Origin: Harriotta raleighana
Lineage: Eukaryota
Length of the DNA stretch: 64,000 bases
Assembly (NCBI GenBank): GCA_050575255.1
Contig: JBNZDD010013624.1
Location: 2,030,102-2,094,101 of the forward strand
Reading direction: 5' to 3'
The position numbers and the translations under genes were made by a program. The notes beneath the pieces are model-generated. The model was not told where the DNA came from. It worked only from the letters and a program-made list of their open reading frames with translations, and ran no database searches. Shown here piece by piece: positions 44,501-54,095 of the stretch (position 1 is the first letter of the stretch; every line of letters begins with the position of its first letter).

Positions 44501-45730
44501 GTTAATGGCAACAGGACCTTAGTGCTGCTTTCTTAGGTGGAATCCAAATATAACTGTTAAAGGAAAATAGGTATTTTCTTGAAAGAACCTACAATGCGAA
44601 TGCAGAAGCCAACTATTCTCCACATAATAAAATGATCATTGGTTTTCTCAATGCAGCCATTTATTCCACGCCAAATTATCTCTCCTCCATATTAAGGTAT
44701 TGGACTTGCTTTTGTTTTACTTCGGTAATTTCTCACAGTTTTTCCTGCTGTGTACAGCAAATCAATGTGGGCATGCAGATTTATTTTGCTGCCTGGTTCA
44801 GCAAACAGTCTGACGAGATTTGCAGAGTCTGACGAGAAAAGAGGAGCTTGAAGCTGGATGGAAGCCGTGGTTGAATAAAGAACCACCAATGTATTATGGT
44901 TTCACACTTTACAGTATATCCTGCAAAGCACTTCAACACATCTCAGCGACATAAGGTGCTACACTAAATACAAGGTTTGTTTATTACTATTAATGAGAAT
45001 AACTTAACGCACATAATACGGGGGAGAAGACAAGTGGTACAGAAATGGCTACACTTCCATGATGTACCACTAAATTTTTATATATAAAAGGTAAGTGATT
45101 GATGATCAGAAACACTCAAGTCACTTCAGAATACATCCTGTGAAACGCTTTCAGAGTCTCAACGTCAGGAAAGGGAGCTATAACAATTGCAAGGATTACT
45201 ATTATTGCATTTAAACACACAGATAGATACACACACACACGCATTATGCATGCATGTATGCAATACATACATACATATTGTTACACACACATACATGATG
45301 CATGCACATATGCCATACATATGTACATACACACACACATACATACGCATACCAACGCACGCATATATACATGCACACACTGAGACTGGGACTGACTAAA
45401 TGAGTGACCCGCGGTGGGTCGGGGCGGCCCGGCCCAGTCTGTACATACGTCCACCATGGAGAAGAGAGGGAGAAGGGAGGGGAGAAAAAAGGGAGAGACG
45501 CTGAGCAGGTGAGGGTGAACTTCGGCCTCCTGAGGCGGAGGTGATGGGGGAAGCCTCGGCTTTTCCCGGCCTCCGAGCCCTCGTGAAACCGGGGACTGAT
45601 TGGGAAAGTAGAGGGGGAGGGAGGAGAAAACCGTGACGCTGGGAAGGCTGTTTAACGCCAATACCCGGTGCCTCTCTCTCTCACACACACATACCCCACT
45701 CGGCAGGTTCTTGACGATGAGGCGCGACAT
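14402..45730 (-). CDS. RBM19: RNA-binding motif protein 19 (multi-RRM nucleolar ribosome biogenesis factor), coding exons 1-21; 3' end lies outside the window
   Basis: 21 exons joined with GT-AG boundaries and matching phases give an open 840-aa frame: MSRLIVKNLPSG MKEERFKGLFGAFGTLTDCNLKFTKDGKFRKFGFVGF ... TVKLRGAPFNV ... SGRLFVRNLPY ... SHNWNTLFMG ... VILAKNIPAGT ... TIFIKNLNF ... SKILVRNIPFQA. These motifs and the exon pattern are recognisable as vertebrate RBM19. Confidence 0.97.
15877..15932 (-). CDS. RBM19: RBM19 exon 20 (HCMVDDHQLELKISDRAT)
   Basis: Acceptor cccctcag, donor GTATTT, 56 nt. Confidence 0.94.
16388..16467 (-). CDS. RBM19: RBM19 exon 19 (GSLLSMGYGFVEYKKPDCAEKALKQLQ)
   Basis: Acceptor ctctctag, donor GTAACC, 80 nt. 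Confidence 0.95.
16690..16812 (+). mobile_element. CR1 LINE 3' end fragment
   Basis: gatgggccaaatggcctccttctgcactataaaattctatgagtctat is a typical CR1 3' terminus. Confidence 0.7.
17162..17222 (-). CDS. RBM19: RBM19 exon 18 (MFQQCGPLKSCIISKKKEKT)
   Basis: Acceptor tgtgtag, donor GTATGT, 61 nt. Confidence 0.93.
19496..19635 (-). CDS. RBM19: RBM19 exon 17 (..DEDEESIPRCTIFIKNLNFSTTEEALTK)
   Basis: Acceptor tttgtag, donor GTAAAT, 140 nt; start of RRM5. Confidence 0.93.
24048..24765. mobile_element. pogo/Tigger-like MITE
   Basis: TA|CAGTAAAACCTTGTTTATCC ... GGATAAACAAGGTTTT(insert)ACTG|TA; ends shared with the 30803 copy. Confidence 0.8.
25316..25418 (-). CDS. RBM19: RBM19 exon 16 (FQHVPLYLEWAPMNVF...NNE)
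   Basis: Acceptor ctctcag, donor GTAAAT, 103 nt. Confidence 0.94.
25500..25680 (+). mobile_element. L2 LINE 3' end
   Basis: KTLLFDHTY remnant followed by gcgctat/ataaatgcaaattgttgtt-type tail. Confidence 0.65.
26349..26549 (-). CDS. RBM19: RBM19 exon 15 (AAGQRSKNVILAKNIPAGT...AKRAFTKLAYSK)
   Basis: Acceptor tttgtag, donor GTATGA, 201 nt; RRM4. Confidence 0.96.
27389..27499 (-). CDS. RBM19: RBM19 exon 14 (GGKGSLAVRMALGETQIVQETRLFLIDNGVSLDSFSQ)
   Basis: Acceptor ttttcag, donor GTAAAA, 111 nt. Confidence 0.96.
29197..29613. repeat. 102-bp inverted repeat (arms 29197-29298 and 29512-29613, 96/102 identical)
   Basis: Direct base-by-base comparison of arm 1 with the reverse complement of arm 2. 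Confidence 0.95.
30803..31773. mobile_element. pogo/Tigger-like MITE, same family as 24048, spanning an assembly gap
   Basis: TA|CAGTAAAACCTTGTTTCTCC ... GGATAAACGGGGTTTTACTG|TA; internal block gttaagtataaat..gtactaata shared with the 24048 copy. Confidence 0.8.
31354..31498. other. Assembly gap (145 N)
   Basis: Run of N next to a GA-rich tract; single Ns also at 27188 and 46119. Confidence 0.99.
32028..32124 (-). CDS. RBM19: RBM19 exon 13 (SHNWNTLFMGTNAVADVIAAKYNATKSEVLDD)
   Basis: Acceptor tttttcag, donor GTGAGT, 97 nt. Confidence 0.96.
33337..33461 (-). CDS. RBM19: RBM19 exon 12 (GRMLHILPST...SSSYKRNKEAKDKANSN)
   Basis: Acceptor tttttag, donor GTTGAG, 125 nt, ends phase 2. Confidence 0.93.
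33563..33860 (-). mobile_element. L2 LINE 3' fragment
   Basis: Remnant LWNSIP..SFKACLKTLLFDHAF typical of the L2 ORF2 end. Confidence 0.75.
34274..34404 (-). CDS. RBM19: RBM19 exon 11 (GPIAEIHFPID...KPKGFAFVTYMIPEHA...VFQ)
   Basis: Acceptor atcag, donor GTAAAG, 131 nt; RNP1 KGFAFVTY. Confidence 0.96.
34579..35440 (-). mobile_element. 5'-truncated CR1 LINE: ORF2 RT C-terminus plus 3' UTR
   Basis: ORFs WADMWHMDFNVDKCEVIHLG and LYKTLVRPQLENCVQFWAP...RRLRGDLIEVFKILKG; 3' (ATTCTATG)-type terminal repeat; frame broken at ~35170-35220. Confidence 0.93.
37152..37355 (-). CDS. RBM19: RBM19 exon 10 (GGRYIELFRE...DSGRLFVRNLPYTCTEEDLEKIFSKL)
   Basis: Acceptor ttttcaag, donor GTAGGT, 204 nt. Confidence 0.95.
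37492..37563 (-). CDS. RBM19: RBM19 exon 9 (GYVFVDFQSEEDLKEALKRNKDYM)
   Basis: Acceptor ctttcag, donor GTAAGG, 72 nt. Confidence 0.95.
37660..37892 (+). mobile_element. CR1 LINE 3' end fragment
   Basis: tctggaatgcactg..gatagagtggcggaagcagat..gctttcaaaa..gaattggata..ggcctccttctgtcctgtaagattct. Confidence 0.75.
38108..38186 (-). CDS. RBM19: RBM19 exon 8 (KRVMEFFVPVKPVAIRIVKNANGNTT)
   Basis: Acceptor ctacag, donor GTTTGT, 79 nt. Confidence 0.94.
38548..39600 (-). mobile_element. Degraded L2 LINE (RT fragments and 3' tail)
   Basis: Frame-shifted remnants FKTAVITPLIK..YSHISNLPF, LLVLLDLSTAF, GVPQGSIFVPLLF; L2-type tail at ~38560. Confidence 0.85.
40259..40333 (-). CDS. RBM19: RBM19 exon 7 (KKPSQNEPTTPYTVKLRGAPFNVKE)
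   Basis: Acceptor ctgcag, donor GTATTT, 75 nt; start of RRM2. Confidence 0.93.
40887..41158 (-). CDS. RBM19: RBM19 exon 6 (..KKELSDMDYLKSKV..)
   Basis: Acceptor tttccag; donor GAG/GTTAGT after 40887 (alternative in-frame CAG/GTACAG after 40908); 272 nt. Confidence 0.85.
41571..41784 (-). CDS. RBM19: RBM19 exon 5 (MKEDEGFQEFLAV...WAND...DDYLNFDSD acidic tract)
   Basis: Acceptor tatag, donor GTGAAT, 214 nt, ends phase 1. Confidence 0.9.
41893..41928 (-). CDS. RBM19: RBM19 exon 4 (DKKKLVSEELKA)
   Basis: Acceptor ggcag, donor GTGAGT, 36 nt, phase 0-0. Confidence 0.85.
42404..42880 (-). mobile_element. Composite retroposon 3' end: pyrimidine tract, two Deu-like cores, L2-type tail
   Basis: Near-identical tail and core to 59035-59910. 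Confidence 0.75.
42994..43122 (-). CDS. RBM19: RBM19 exon 3 (VEFCKSFGDPELSKPWSKHS...TSK)
   Basis: Acceptor ttttctag, donor GTAAAT, 129 nt. Confidence 0.93.
43525..43707 (-). CDS. RBM19: RBM19 exon 2 (RRM1: MKEERFKGLF...YIDTTRII)
   Basis: Acceptor tttcag, donor GTGAGT, 183 nt, RNP1-like KFGFVGF. Confidence 0.96.
43795..44010 (-). mobile_element. L2 LINE 3' end
   Basis: caacaacaaaattacatttg..cctttcac..catcccaaggcactg tail and gagggtcttgaggtgtgacttgaag. Confidence 0.7.
45215..45380. repeat. (CA)/(CATA)-rich low-complexity tract in intron 1
   Basis: Visible microsatellite. Confidence 0.9.
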
Positions 45731-45930
45731 GGCTGACAGCCTCGCGCACACACACACACACACAGACCAGCGCTCACGCCGCGACCGTTAAACCGTCAAC
45801 AGCACGTGATCCGACACGTGGGGAGGGGGCGGGGTCTGGAGGTCCGGCCTGGGCGGGGCCAAGTCGTGACGCACTACGGCAACCCATCCGCGCACACGTG
45901 CAGGGGCAGAGACAAGGGTACATAAGGCGT
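45400..45930 (-). promoter_or_regulatory. RBM19 CpG-island promoter / first exon
   Basis: GC- and CpG-rich island in an AT-rich background around the ATG. GC boxes at 45825-45834 and 45851-45858; CACGTG at 45803, 45815 and 45895; CRE-like TGACGCA at 45867. Confidence 0.85.
45695..45730 (-). CDS. RBM19: RBM19 exon 1 coding part (MSRLIVKNLPSG)
   Basis: GCCATG start at 45730; 36 nt; donor GTATGT; phase 0. Confidence 0.95.
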
Positions 45931-46381
45931 TCTGTATCTCCAAACACGTCCACCCACCCAGAGAGTATTTATTAGAGTGTATATTACAAAGACTATATTT
46001 GCAGTGTTCATAGAATGTTTATAACTATATATATATACGTGCAGTGTACATCCCGATATATTAATGTTTAATACATGCATTTGATATTGCACCTTATCAT
46101 GTCTTTGAGACGTTTCAANCGTGCAGTGTACATCCCGATATATTAATGTATAATACATGCATTTGATATTGCACCTTATCATGTCTTTGAGACGTTTCAA
46201 AGCGCTCCACAGAATATACTGTAAAGTGAATCAATAATTCTTTCAATAAAAATTACTTACTCGATCCACAGCTGTTTGTGGGACACTGACGTGCACAATT
46301 AGCTGCGAGTTTTGCCCACAAAATGTACAATCAATTCACTTTACACTGAATACTGTAGAAAGTTTACAGTATGCAGTACTT

Positions 46382-46703
46382 GGGAGTCCTGTCCCTCAGT
46401 GATTAGAGCACTCGCCTTACAAGTGTGAGACCTGTGTTTCGAATCCAGGCAGGTCAGGGCGAAACCTTGGGCAAGTTTCCTTACTCCACACGCCTAATAA
46501 TAAACTGTCCAATAAAACCACTACAATACTGTAAATTGGTCATTTCAATCCACGGCTGTTTGGGACACTGCTTAGCGCAATTGGCTGCCACGTATCGCTC
46601 ACAAATGTACAGTCAATTCACTTTACAGTGATATTCTGTGAAGCGCTTTGAGACATCTAGAAGATGTGAACAGTGCTGTATTAAATGCAAGGATTATTAT
46701 TAT
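46382..46703 (+). mobile_element. Same SINE family, near full length (flanked by fragments at 46075-46345 and 46704-46780)
   Basis: ggagtcctgt..cagtgattagagcactcgccttacaagtgtgagacc head; gcgcaattggctgcc core; aaatgcaaggattattatt tail. Confidence 0.85.
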
Positions 46704-47499
46704 ATATTCCATGAAGCGCTTTAAGATGTCTCAAAGATGTGATAAGGCAATATATCAAGTTCAAGGAGTATTATTATTAACTGTATTTTGTTTGACCACT
46801 CATCCAAAGGTCGGCACCTCTGACAATTCAGCTTTCCCCACTCGCCCTGCGTTGGAGCGTGATTAATGCTTCAGGAAGTAATGATGAAGTGTGGAAGATG
46901 GCTATGGTTCTACACATTCCCAGTAGAGGGCAGTCCAGATCTTGTTGAGATCCTAAATCAAAAGATTTGCTTACAGATTCAGTTCAAATTAATATTTGCA
47001 GTGGTCGATTGTGGGAAGAATTGGGCAATTTTAACTAATAAAAATGTTGGGAAAGAATGAGGGAGTGATTCAAATAGCTGCAATCCAATGCTTTAGACAC
47101 TGGCATAATCCAACCTATTTCTTGATTGAAGCAAGAATTCATGCATTCATTTTTAATTAATTATGGGATCCTCACTGCTTTGATACTGTGCGGTACAGTA
47201 GCTGCTATATTATATTCTGAGAAGCGCTTTGAGATGTCTCACCAATATGATAAGACACTATATCAAATTGAAGGATTGCACTGAAAGTTCTTGACAGTTT
47301 TCTGTTGCACAATGTGCATTGGTTTGTAGTCACCACTGGGTGACAGCAGACACCACAAAATCAAGACAGGATGAAGATGGAATACAGTATCGCAAACAAA
47401 CACAGAATAAAACAAAAATAACATGTTTTAAAAAGTCACAGCACTGGTAATCTATTACAATTTTAGTTGGGGGATTGTTGGACAGGATAGGGGAAGTGA

Positions 47500-47720
47500 A
47501 AAACACTCTTTCCTTTTCAACCATGGATATGTTGGTGCAGGCAGAAGGGACCTTGGTTTAATGTCTCATCATCCGAATGACGGCACCTCTGATAATGTAA
47601 TACACCCCCAGCGTTTTTTATTGGAGCTATATCATCATGAGTCCAAAAGTGGGGCATGAACCTACAACCTTCAGACTTGGAGGCAAGAGTGCTGCTGTAC
47701 TGCGCCAGGCTGACACACAC
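47500..47720 (-). mobile_element. Second, older tRNA-derived SINE family (shark SacSINE1-like), 5' half
   Basis: Minus strand gtgtcagcctggcgcagtacagcagcactcttgcctccaagtctgaaggttgtaggttca..gaggtgccgtcattcggatga..cattaaaccaaggtcc. Confidence 0.6.
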
Positions 47721-48191
47721 CCATTTAAAGGCAAAAGTTATCAGTGGCCTGAGAGCTGATGTGGCAAAGGTCGCGGGCACCACAGAGACCTATCTAAAGG
47801 CAACGGAAGAAAGTAGCGCAGTGCAGCTCAGCCCAGCGCATGACTTCTGGTACGATAATTTGGAGGTTTAACGCTAAATCTCTTTCCGTTGTGGTAATCC
47901 ATAGAGCGCAAGACTCCCTGGGGAGACCATAGCTTTCCTACAATATGAATTAGTTGTCATGGAAACTGAAGACAACAGAGGGAAGTTGATGAAACAACAG
48001 TCGCCCTGACATCTTTATTTGTCCTTGACATTGTCTGACGATACCTGAGCCTGTTATTTTTAGGTAGTTTAGGAGATAAAAATCTGGCAATCAAATAAAT
48101 TGCTTTTTCTTAATGTAGACCAAAAGCTTAATCCCATCCTTCTTTAAAATACCACTAGGTAATCACTGCTGGGAGGTCAAAGAGTCATTTA

Positions 48192-48513
48192 GGAGTCCTG
48201 CAGCTCAGTCAGTAGAGCACTCTTATCGCAAGCAAGAGACCTGAGTTTGATTCCTCCTCGGGTGAAACTTTGGGCAAGTTTTCTTACTCCACAAACCTGA
48301 TAATAGCCCCATATGGTACGAAAACAAAATTGGTCACTTTGAATCCATGACTATTTGTGGGACCCGACCCCACTGTGTGCATTTGGTTGCCGCTTTTCGC
48401 CCACAAAAAAAGCAGTCAATTCACTCTACGAGATCTTCTATGAAGCGATTTGAGATGTCTCAATGTCGTGGTGAGATGCTATATCAAATGCAAGGATGAT
48501 TATTATTATTATT
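48192..48513 (+). mobile_element. Same SINE family, near full length
   Basis: Head, core and tail as above. Confidence 0.85.
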
Positions 48514-49144
48514 GTTAGTGACATGAGACCTTTAGCATCTGCTGAAGTAGGCACAGAACGGCCCTCTGTTTAAATCTCATCTCATCCAAGTTAAGAAGGA
48601 AGCGTTTTTTCCTAATCTTTTCCTCCCTACAACTCCCCTCACACAGCCGCCACCCTTCCCTCCCCACTCCCACTCCACCCCCATCACCGCCTCCACCTGC
48701 GATCTGTGTGTGAGGAGCTTGGATTAATGGAGCAGATCTTCTGCTCAGTGTCACGGACAGCGAGTACCTGTTTCGCTCCAAATAGGAAAGCAGGAAGCCT
48801 TAGAGAGGATAACTCTCGCGATTCCACAATGATGTTATTTTAAATGAATCACTGCTAATTGGAACACGCGTGTCCTGCACTGTGGAGCGTCACACCAGGC
48901 CGCCCATCCCCCCACAGCAAAGCTCAGTTCCGAGCGACGACTTGTTTTGCAATAATAATAATTAATAATAATTATCCTTACATTTGACACAGCGTCTGGT
49001 TGTCGGTGGCTCGGCTGTTTGAATTCAACTCCCCATAAGTTCTGGGACTGTCACCCTCTGTTCGTGTGTCTCACCCCTTTTCAACCTATTCAAACACATC
49101 CAGCCACCTTTTGCCCTTCTCGCCTTAAAAAGCGCTCTGAGACA

Positions 49145-49650
49145 TTACCAACAATGACAAATTCGATTTATATAGCACCCTCCATGCCGAATGGCATCTC
49201 ACCCTGTGGTAGAATCACGTTAAAATATTTCGAAGAGCTTTACAGTGGGGTGAGAGAGGGGAGAAATGGGTAGTGAATGTGTGGTTTGCGGGCACCAATG
49301 TCCCTTAATCTTTAAGGCAACAATAACAAATTACATTTGTATAACATCTTTTACATCGGGAGAACAAGCTGCTGGACAGTCAAGCGTTTGCACCCCAGCT
49401 GGGGGTTTGGATCAGGAGGGCAGAGAGGGTAAGGGTAGGAGGGTAACGGAAGGCGAGGTTGAGGAAGAAAGTGTTGAAATGGGCCTTAAAGGAGGCAAGG
49501 AAGTGGATGAGTTAAAGAGACTGTGGGATGGAGTTCCAAAACATGTGGCCAGAGAGACTGAAGGCGCTACCAGCAATGGTGGGGTTGGTCAGGGTGGGGG
49601 ACATGGAGCAGGATAGAGCCAGCTGAACGGAGGGAGTGGACAAGTAGGTA
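49145..49650 (-). mobile_element. L2 LINE 3' fragments (two tails)
   Basis: Two L2-type tails (49150, 49320) plus ORF2-end remnant. Confidence 0.6.
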
Positions 49651-51531
49651 TGAGACGTCTTCCCAAAGTGACAAGTGTGAGAATTATTATGTTAGTATTT
49701 TTACTATCAATCACAATCTGGACATTGCCACATTTCTACTGGTGCCAGTATTACCTCCTTCCTCTTCCCTTTCCCTCTCCCCCCCTCTTGCCCTCCCACT
49801 CGCCCTATCCCCGCATAATGCAGGCTTTGATCACTGTTGCAAGCAAGTTTCATTGCTTAAACTGTGCTGCTATGATTACTGAAATAAGTCGAATTAATAC
49901 GTCCGGAAACATAATATCGAAGTAAGTTTATTAGCAGAGGAAACAATTAGCTTGTTCATCTCCAATCATTTCTAACAGAGACTCAGATTACATAGGACCT
50001 CAGTGTTTGTGTTCATGACCCTGACACAATTGGGTTTGTGCGATTGATGGGAGGGAGGGGGGGAGGGAAGGAAGAATGAATACTATTAAATATTCGGAAT
50101 GAGGCAGCTGTTTGATTCTGTACTTATATGTGAGAACGTCAATGTGTATTTCTGCAGTGTTTCTGATGTTTGCAGAATGTTCTCTCCAAGTTTGCTCTGT
50201 CCCATCGGGGTCCATTCCAGGTGTCACATTAACATGTACCACAAACAGTCATGGATTGAGCAACCTAATTTTTTTTTTGAAAAGGGATTATTACCCCCTT
50301 GAAAAGCAATCCGCTAATCGACTAACAAATGTGTTACTACTTACAGCTGGGTAAGCAGAGGCATGCGTGTGGAGTAAGAAAACTTGCCTAATGGACAGGA
50401 AAGGGTTTTGTTAGTGGCCCAAGTGGATGAGTTGTCAGATATCCTGTGTGTCAGTGACGTGATCCGAGCTGCCATGGAGGTAGAAAGTCCGTCAGCATTT
50501 GGCTCAATGGGAACTGGTGCTTGGAGCCAGGTCTCTTCATGGAAGGAGGAGCTTGACACTGTTATGTGGAGGTTAATAGGATGGGGGATCCTAGAACGAT
50601 GAGGTCAAATAGGCCCTGGTAATGGGCCCTTGACACCCTCACATCTCATCCTCTCTGCTTGTCAAACAGTTACCATTTGGAGCAGTAGCTTCTGACATGC
50701 ACCAATGAAGAATTGGGCGAGTCAACCTACAACTCCCCTCTTCACCCCCCTCCCTCCCTCACCCAATTCAGGGTCCATCTCAAGTTACATCTAACGACCT
50801 TCAGTATTGACTGCACCTTCAGACATCTTTCACCTGCCACCTCCCCCCACTCCTCTCCATGCACAAACCCTCCCATCCCCCATCCTGCTCCTTTTGGGCA
50901 ACACACTAGAATGCGGGCTGCGGCATTTTGGATGAGTTAAATCTTGTGAATGGTAGAGTAATGGGGGAGATTGGCAAGGAGGGAGTTTAGGTAGATCAGG
51001 GTTTCGGTAGTTTTAAAATGGAGGTACGGAGGGCATCAAAATGGGATCGATTTTCTCTGAAACCCTAACCTCCACCAACGCATTCTGACCCTGTCACCAC
51101 CTCTCATCTCCTGCCAGTGATAAACCATCTTGCGCGTGAGGTCAGCACCTAGCGATCTGTCAAGCCTCCTCTATAGCCCGAGGTGAAATTTCACACAATC
51201 GTTGCTTAAGACAATCATAAGCACTGATTGATGGTGTGCGTCTCAGACCCTTCTCCAAAGCCGCTCGGAATATATCCCATGGAAAAAAAATCTATAAGCC
51301 TGGACGAGCGGGGACGGTTTCAAGTGGAAGATGATGAACAGCCCTAGAGCTGTGTCATCTCAGCATATAGCCCTCGTCATTAAACTTGCATGCGATGAAA
51401 CCTCGGAGGAGTTGTGCAGATGATCGCTAGGCTCCTCTGACAATTCCCCTTGCTCCTGACTGACTGATTCCCAGTTTGTTTTACTGGGCAAGTGTTAAAA
51501 ATAACACTTCTTCCCCAGGTTGCTGTCAGCC

Positions 51532-51532
<1 letters not shown>

Positions 51533-51570
<38 letters not shown>
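51533..51570. repeat. (CA)n microsatellite
   Basis: Visible. Similar tracts at 9375-9402, 24429-24460, 26742-26785, 32868-32920 and 61760-61800. Confidence 0.9.
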
Positions 51571-51572
<2 letters not shown>

Positions 51573-51760
51573 GCTTCCCGTCTGAGGCACAGGGGACGAG
51601 TTCTCGGCACAGCTCGGATCCGCAGTGACAAACATGACACCCAGTAAATCAAAAGTGGTCATTACAAGCTTCCAAGAAATGACCACTCGACAGACAGAAA
51701 CATTAGACAATAGCCGAGACCGAGGCTGGCATCTTTCATTTGTGCTTTGAAATCCACAAC

Positions 51761-52010
51761 AATAATAATCCTGCCATTGGATATAGTGCTTTTCACGTCT
51801 TCTGGACATCTCAAAGCGCTTCACAGAATATACTGTAAACTGAATTGACTGTATATTTGTGAGTGAAACACGGCAGATAACTGCGCACAGCAGTGTCCCA
51901 CAAACTGTTGTGGATCGAGTGATCAAATTACAGTATTAGTGTTTTTTTTGAGAGATTATTATCAGGCGTGTGGAGTAAGGAAACTTGCCCAAACCTTCGC
52001 CCTGCCTGGA
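51761..52010 (-). mobile_element. Same SINE family, 5'-truncated
   Basis: Tail, core and gtggagtaaggaaacttgccca body. Confidence 0.8.
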
Positions 52011-53749
52011 AGGTCATCAAAGGAAACACAGAGGGAGTTTCACTGGGTTGGTCAATAAATAATTCTTTGCCTTTCTCATTGTAAAATCTTCGAGATGTCT
52101 CAAAGTGATTGGCAGCTTGTACTGTACTGTACTGTACTGGTGACTGTGGTTTAAAGGAGAACAATTCAACCGATTTGTGCATACAGCGACGTTCCACAAA
52201 CAGTCATGAAGTGAGTGATCGATTTGATCCAGGTGGGGATGGGGGTATATTATTGACAAAGGGTATCAGGAGAAACTCCCCACTCTTTTCGATTAGTGTC
52301 ATTAATGTGGAACTGTGTGAACAATTGGCTGTTGCATTTTACCCAGAAAATACACACTACACTTTACAGTTTACAGTACATCCTCCTGACGTAAAAGGCA
52401 TTCTACAGTGTAATTTTGTTGTTGTTGTTGTATATCCTATGAAGCGCTTTGAGATGTCTCAATGACATGATAAGGTACTGTATCAAATACAAGGATTATT
52501 ATTATTACTAGATCTTTAACAAGCACCTGGACAGATATTATTATTTTTAATAACAAAAATAATTGTTTGTGGGTCGCAGCTGGTGTGTATCGGCTGCCTT
52601 GTTAACATATAGGACAACATTCACTTGATTTCTCATCAATCTCATTTATAAAGCACTTTGCCATTGTTCCTGTGACATGAAGAGCACAGCACTGTGTCAA
52701 CTTGGCAACATAAAAACTATCAGCACTTAAAGAACAGCAGCTCTTTCCTGGAAACCCAAACTGGCCCCTTAAGATTAGATCAGATGGTCTGAAAAGTCCT
52801 TTCGGACCATCTGATCACATCTCTCTAGAACACCCAACCTAATGTGCCCCCCATCATAGCAATGAGTTGTTTATTTAAATGAGTCGCTGTGTCCTAGCCT
52901 CAACTACCTTTCCTGCCAACCCTGTTTCACTTGTTAATTACTCTCCGGGTAAATTACAACTCGCAGTAAATTAGAGCCTGGTTGTTAGTCGATTGGCGGA
53001 TCACTTTCCACATGAACCATGGCACCTGTGAAAATACAGTGAGTCCCCAGCAGTGTCAGCCTAGACTGTGAATTATATAAAATATAATAATTCTTGGCAT
53101 TCGATATAGAGCTTTATCATGTCTTCGAGATGTATATTGCGGTATATGTTGTAAAGTGAATTGACTGTATATTTTGTGAGAGAAACAAATTCAAACTTCC
53201 GACACGAAGGCTTAACCCCACAAACTTCTCACATGAAGGGGAGAGCACTCCCGACTGAGCCAGGCTGACACCAGCTTAAATTGCAAATGAACCCCTTTTA
53301 CAGGGTTAAATTTCACTGGAGATACTTCATACTTCAGATTCTCCGGCACTTATTTCAGGGAAGCCAGACTGCAAATGCCAAAATGTCTCATTAAATCAAC
53401 CCGAGAGGGAATGTAATGGAACCTTTCAGGCCTGGCTTTACGTGTCTGAAGATACTGTGTGCAGTGCGTCACTTGACATTTACTTACTCACTGGCTGCTC
53501 AAAAAAAGACAACAATGCAACTTCATTTTATCCTCCTGGTCCGCGGTTTGAACAGAAATCCTTCCGAGGGCAATGGACAGTTTGTCTCCTACGTCGCTTA
53601 GGAGTTTTGACTCCTTCTTCCCTGAAGGAGACATCGATGACACAAAATAACTTGAGGCTAATGTGCCTTACCATCACTTTCTGTATATTATGCAGCACTT
53701 TTCACGAAAGTAACAACAATGGATTTCACTGAGCGAAGTGTTCGAGACC

Positions 53750-54095
53750 CGCCAACTGTATACTTTCTCCACTCAGCCGACTCCAGTCTGCTCCACACCC
53801 CGGCCCTGCCCGCCATCTTCGGTCAGGCCTTCAGTCTTTCTGCCACCACCCTCTGGAACTCCTTCCCACAGTGCTTTCGCCTTGCCCTCGCCGACCTCCA
53901 CTTGCCTCCTTAAAGAACCATCTCAATACCCGTCCCCTTTGATCGGGCCTTCAGTCACCCTCCTACTCCCATCCTTCCTGCCCATCACCCCTCTTGACCT
54001 CAACCCTCAGCTCGGGTGCACATTCTTGACTGTCCAGCGCTTTGGGATGTTCCCCCGATGTGAAAGGCGTTGTGTAACTGTAATTTGTTGTTGGG
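53750..54095 (+). mobile_element. L2 LINE 3' end
   Basis: GQAFSLSATTLWNSFP remnant; tail cagcgctttgggatgttcc..gatgtgaaaggcg. Confidence 0.75.

Noticed and set aside
6121-45200. Apparent sense-strand bias of intronic SINEs
   Set aside because: Larger copies are on the minus strand, but + tail fragments exist at ~36730, 44910 and 45130, and the numbers are too small.
14402-45730. Intronic box C/D or H/ACA snoRNAs in this ribosome-biogenesis gene
   Set aside because: Occasional ATGATGA motifs (e.g. ~20012) lack a matching terminal stem or D box that I could support.
45281-45763. 160-aa ORF containing the RBM19 start
   Set aside because: Only 12 codons are exonic; the rest is read-through into intron 1 and microsatellite.
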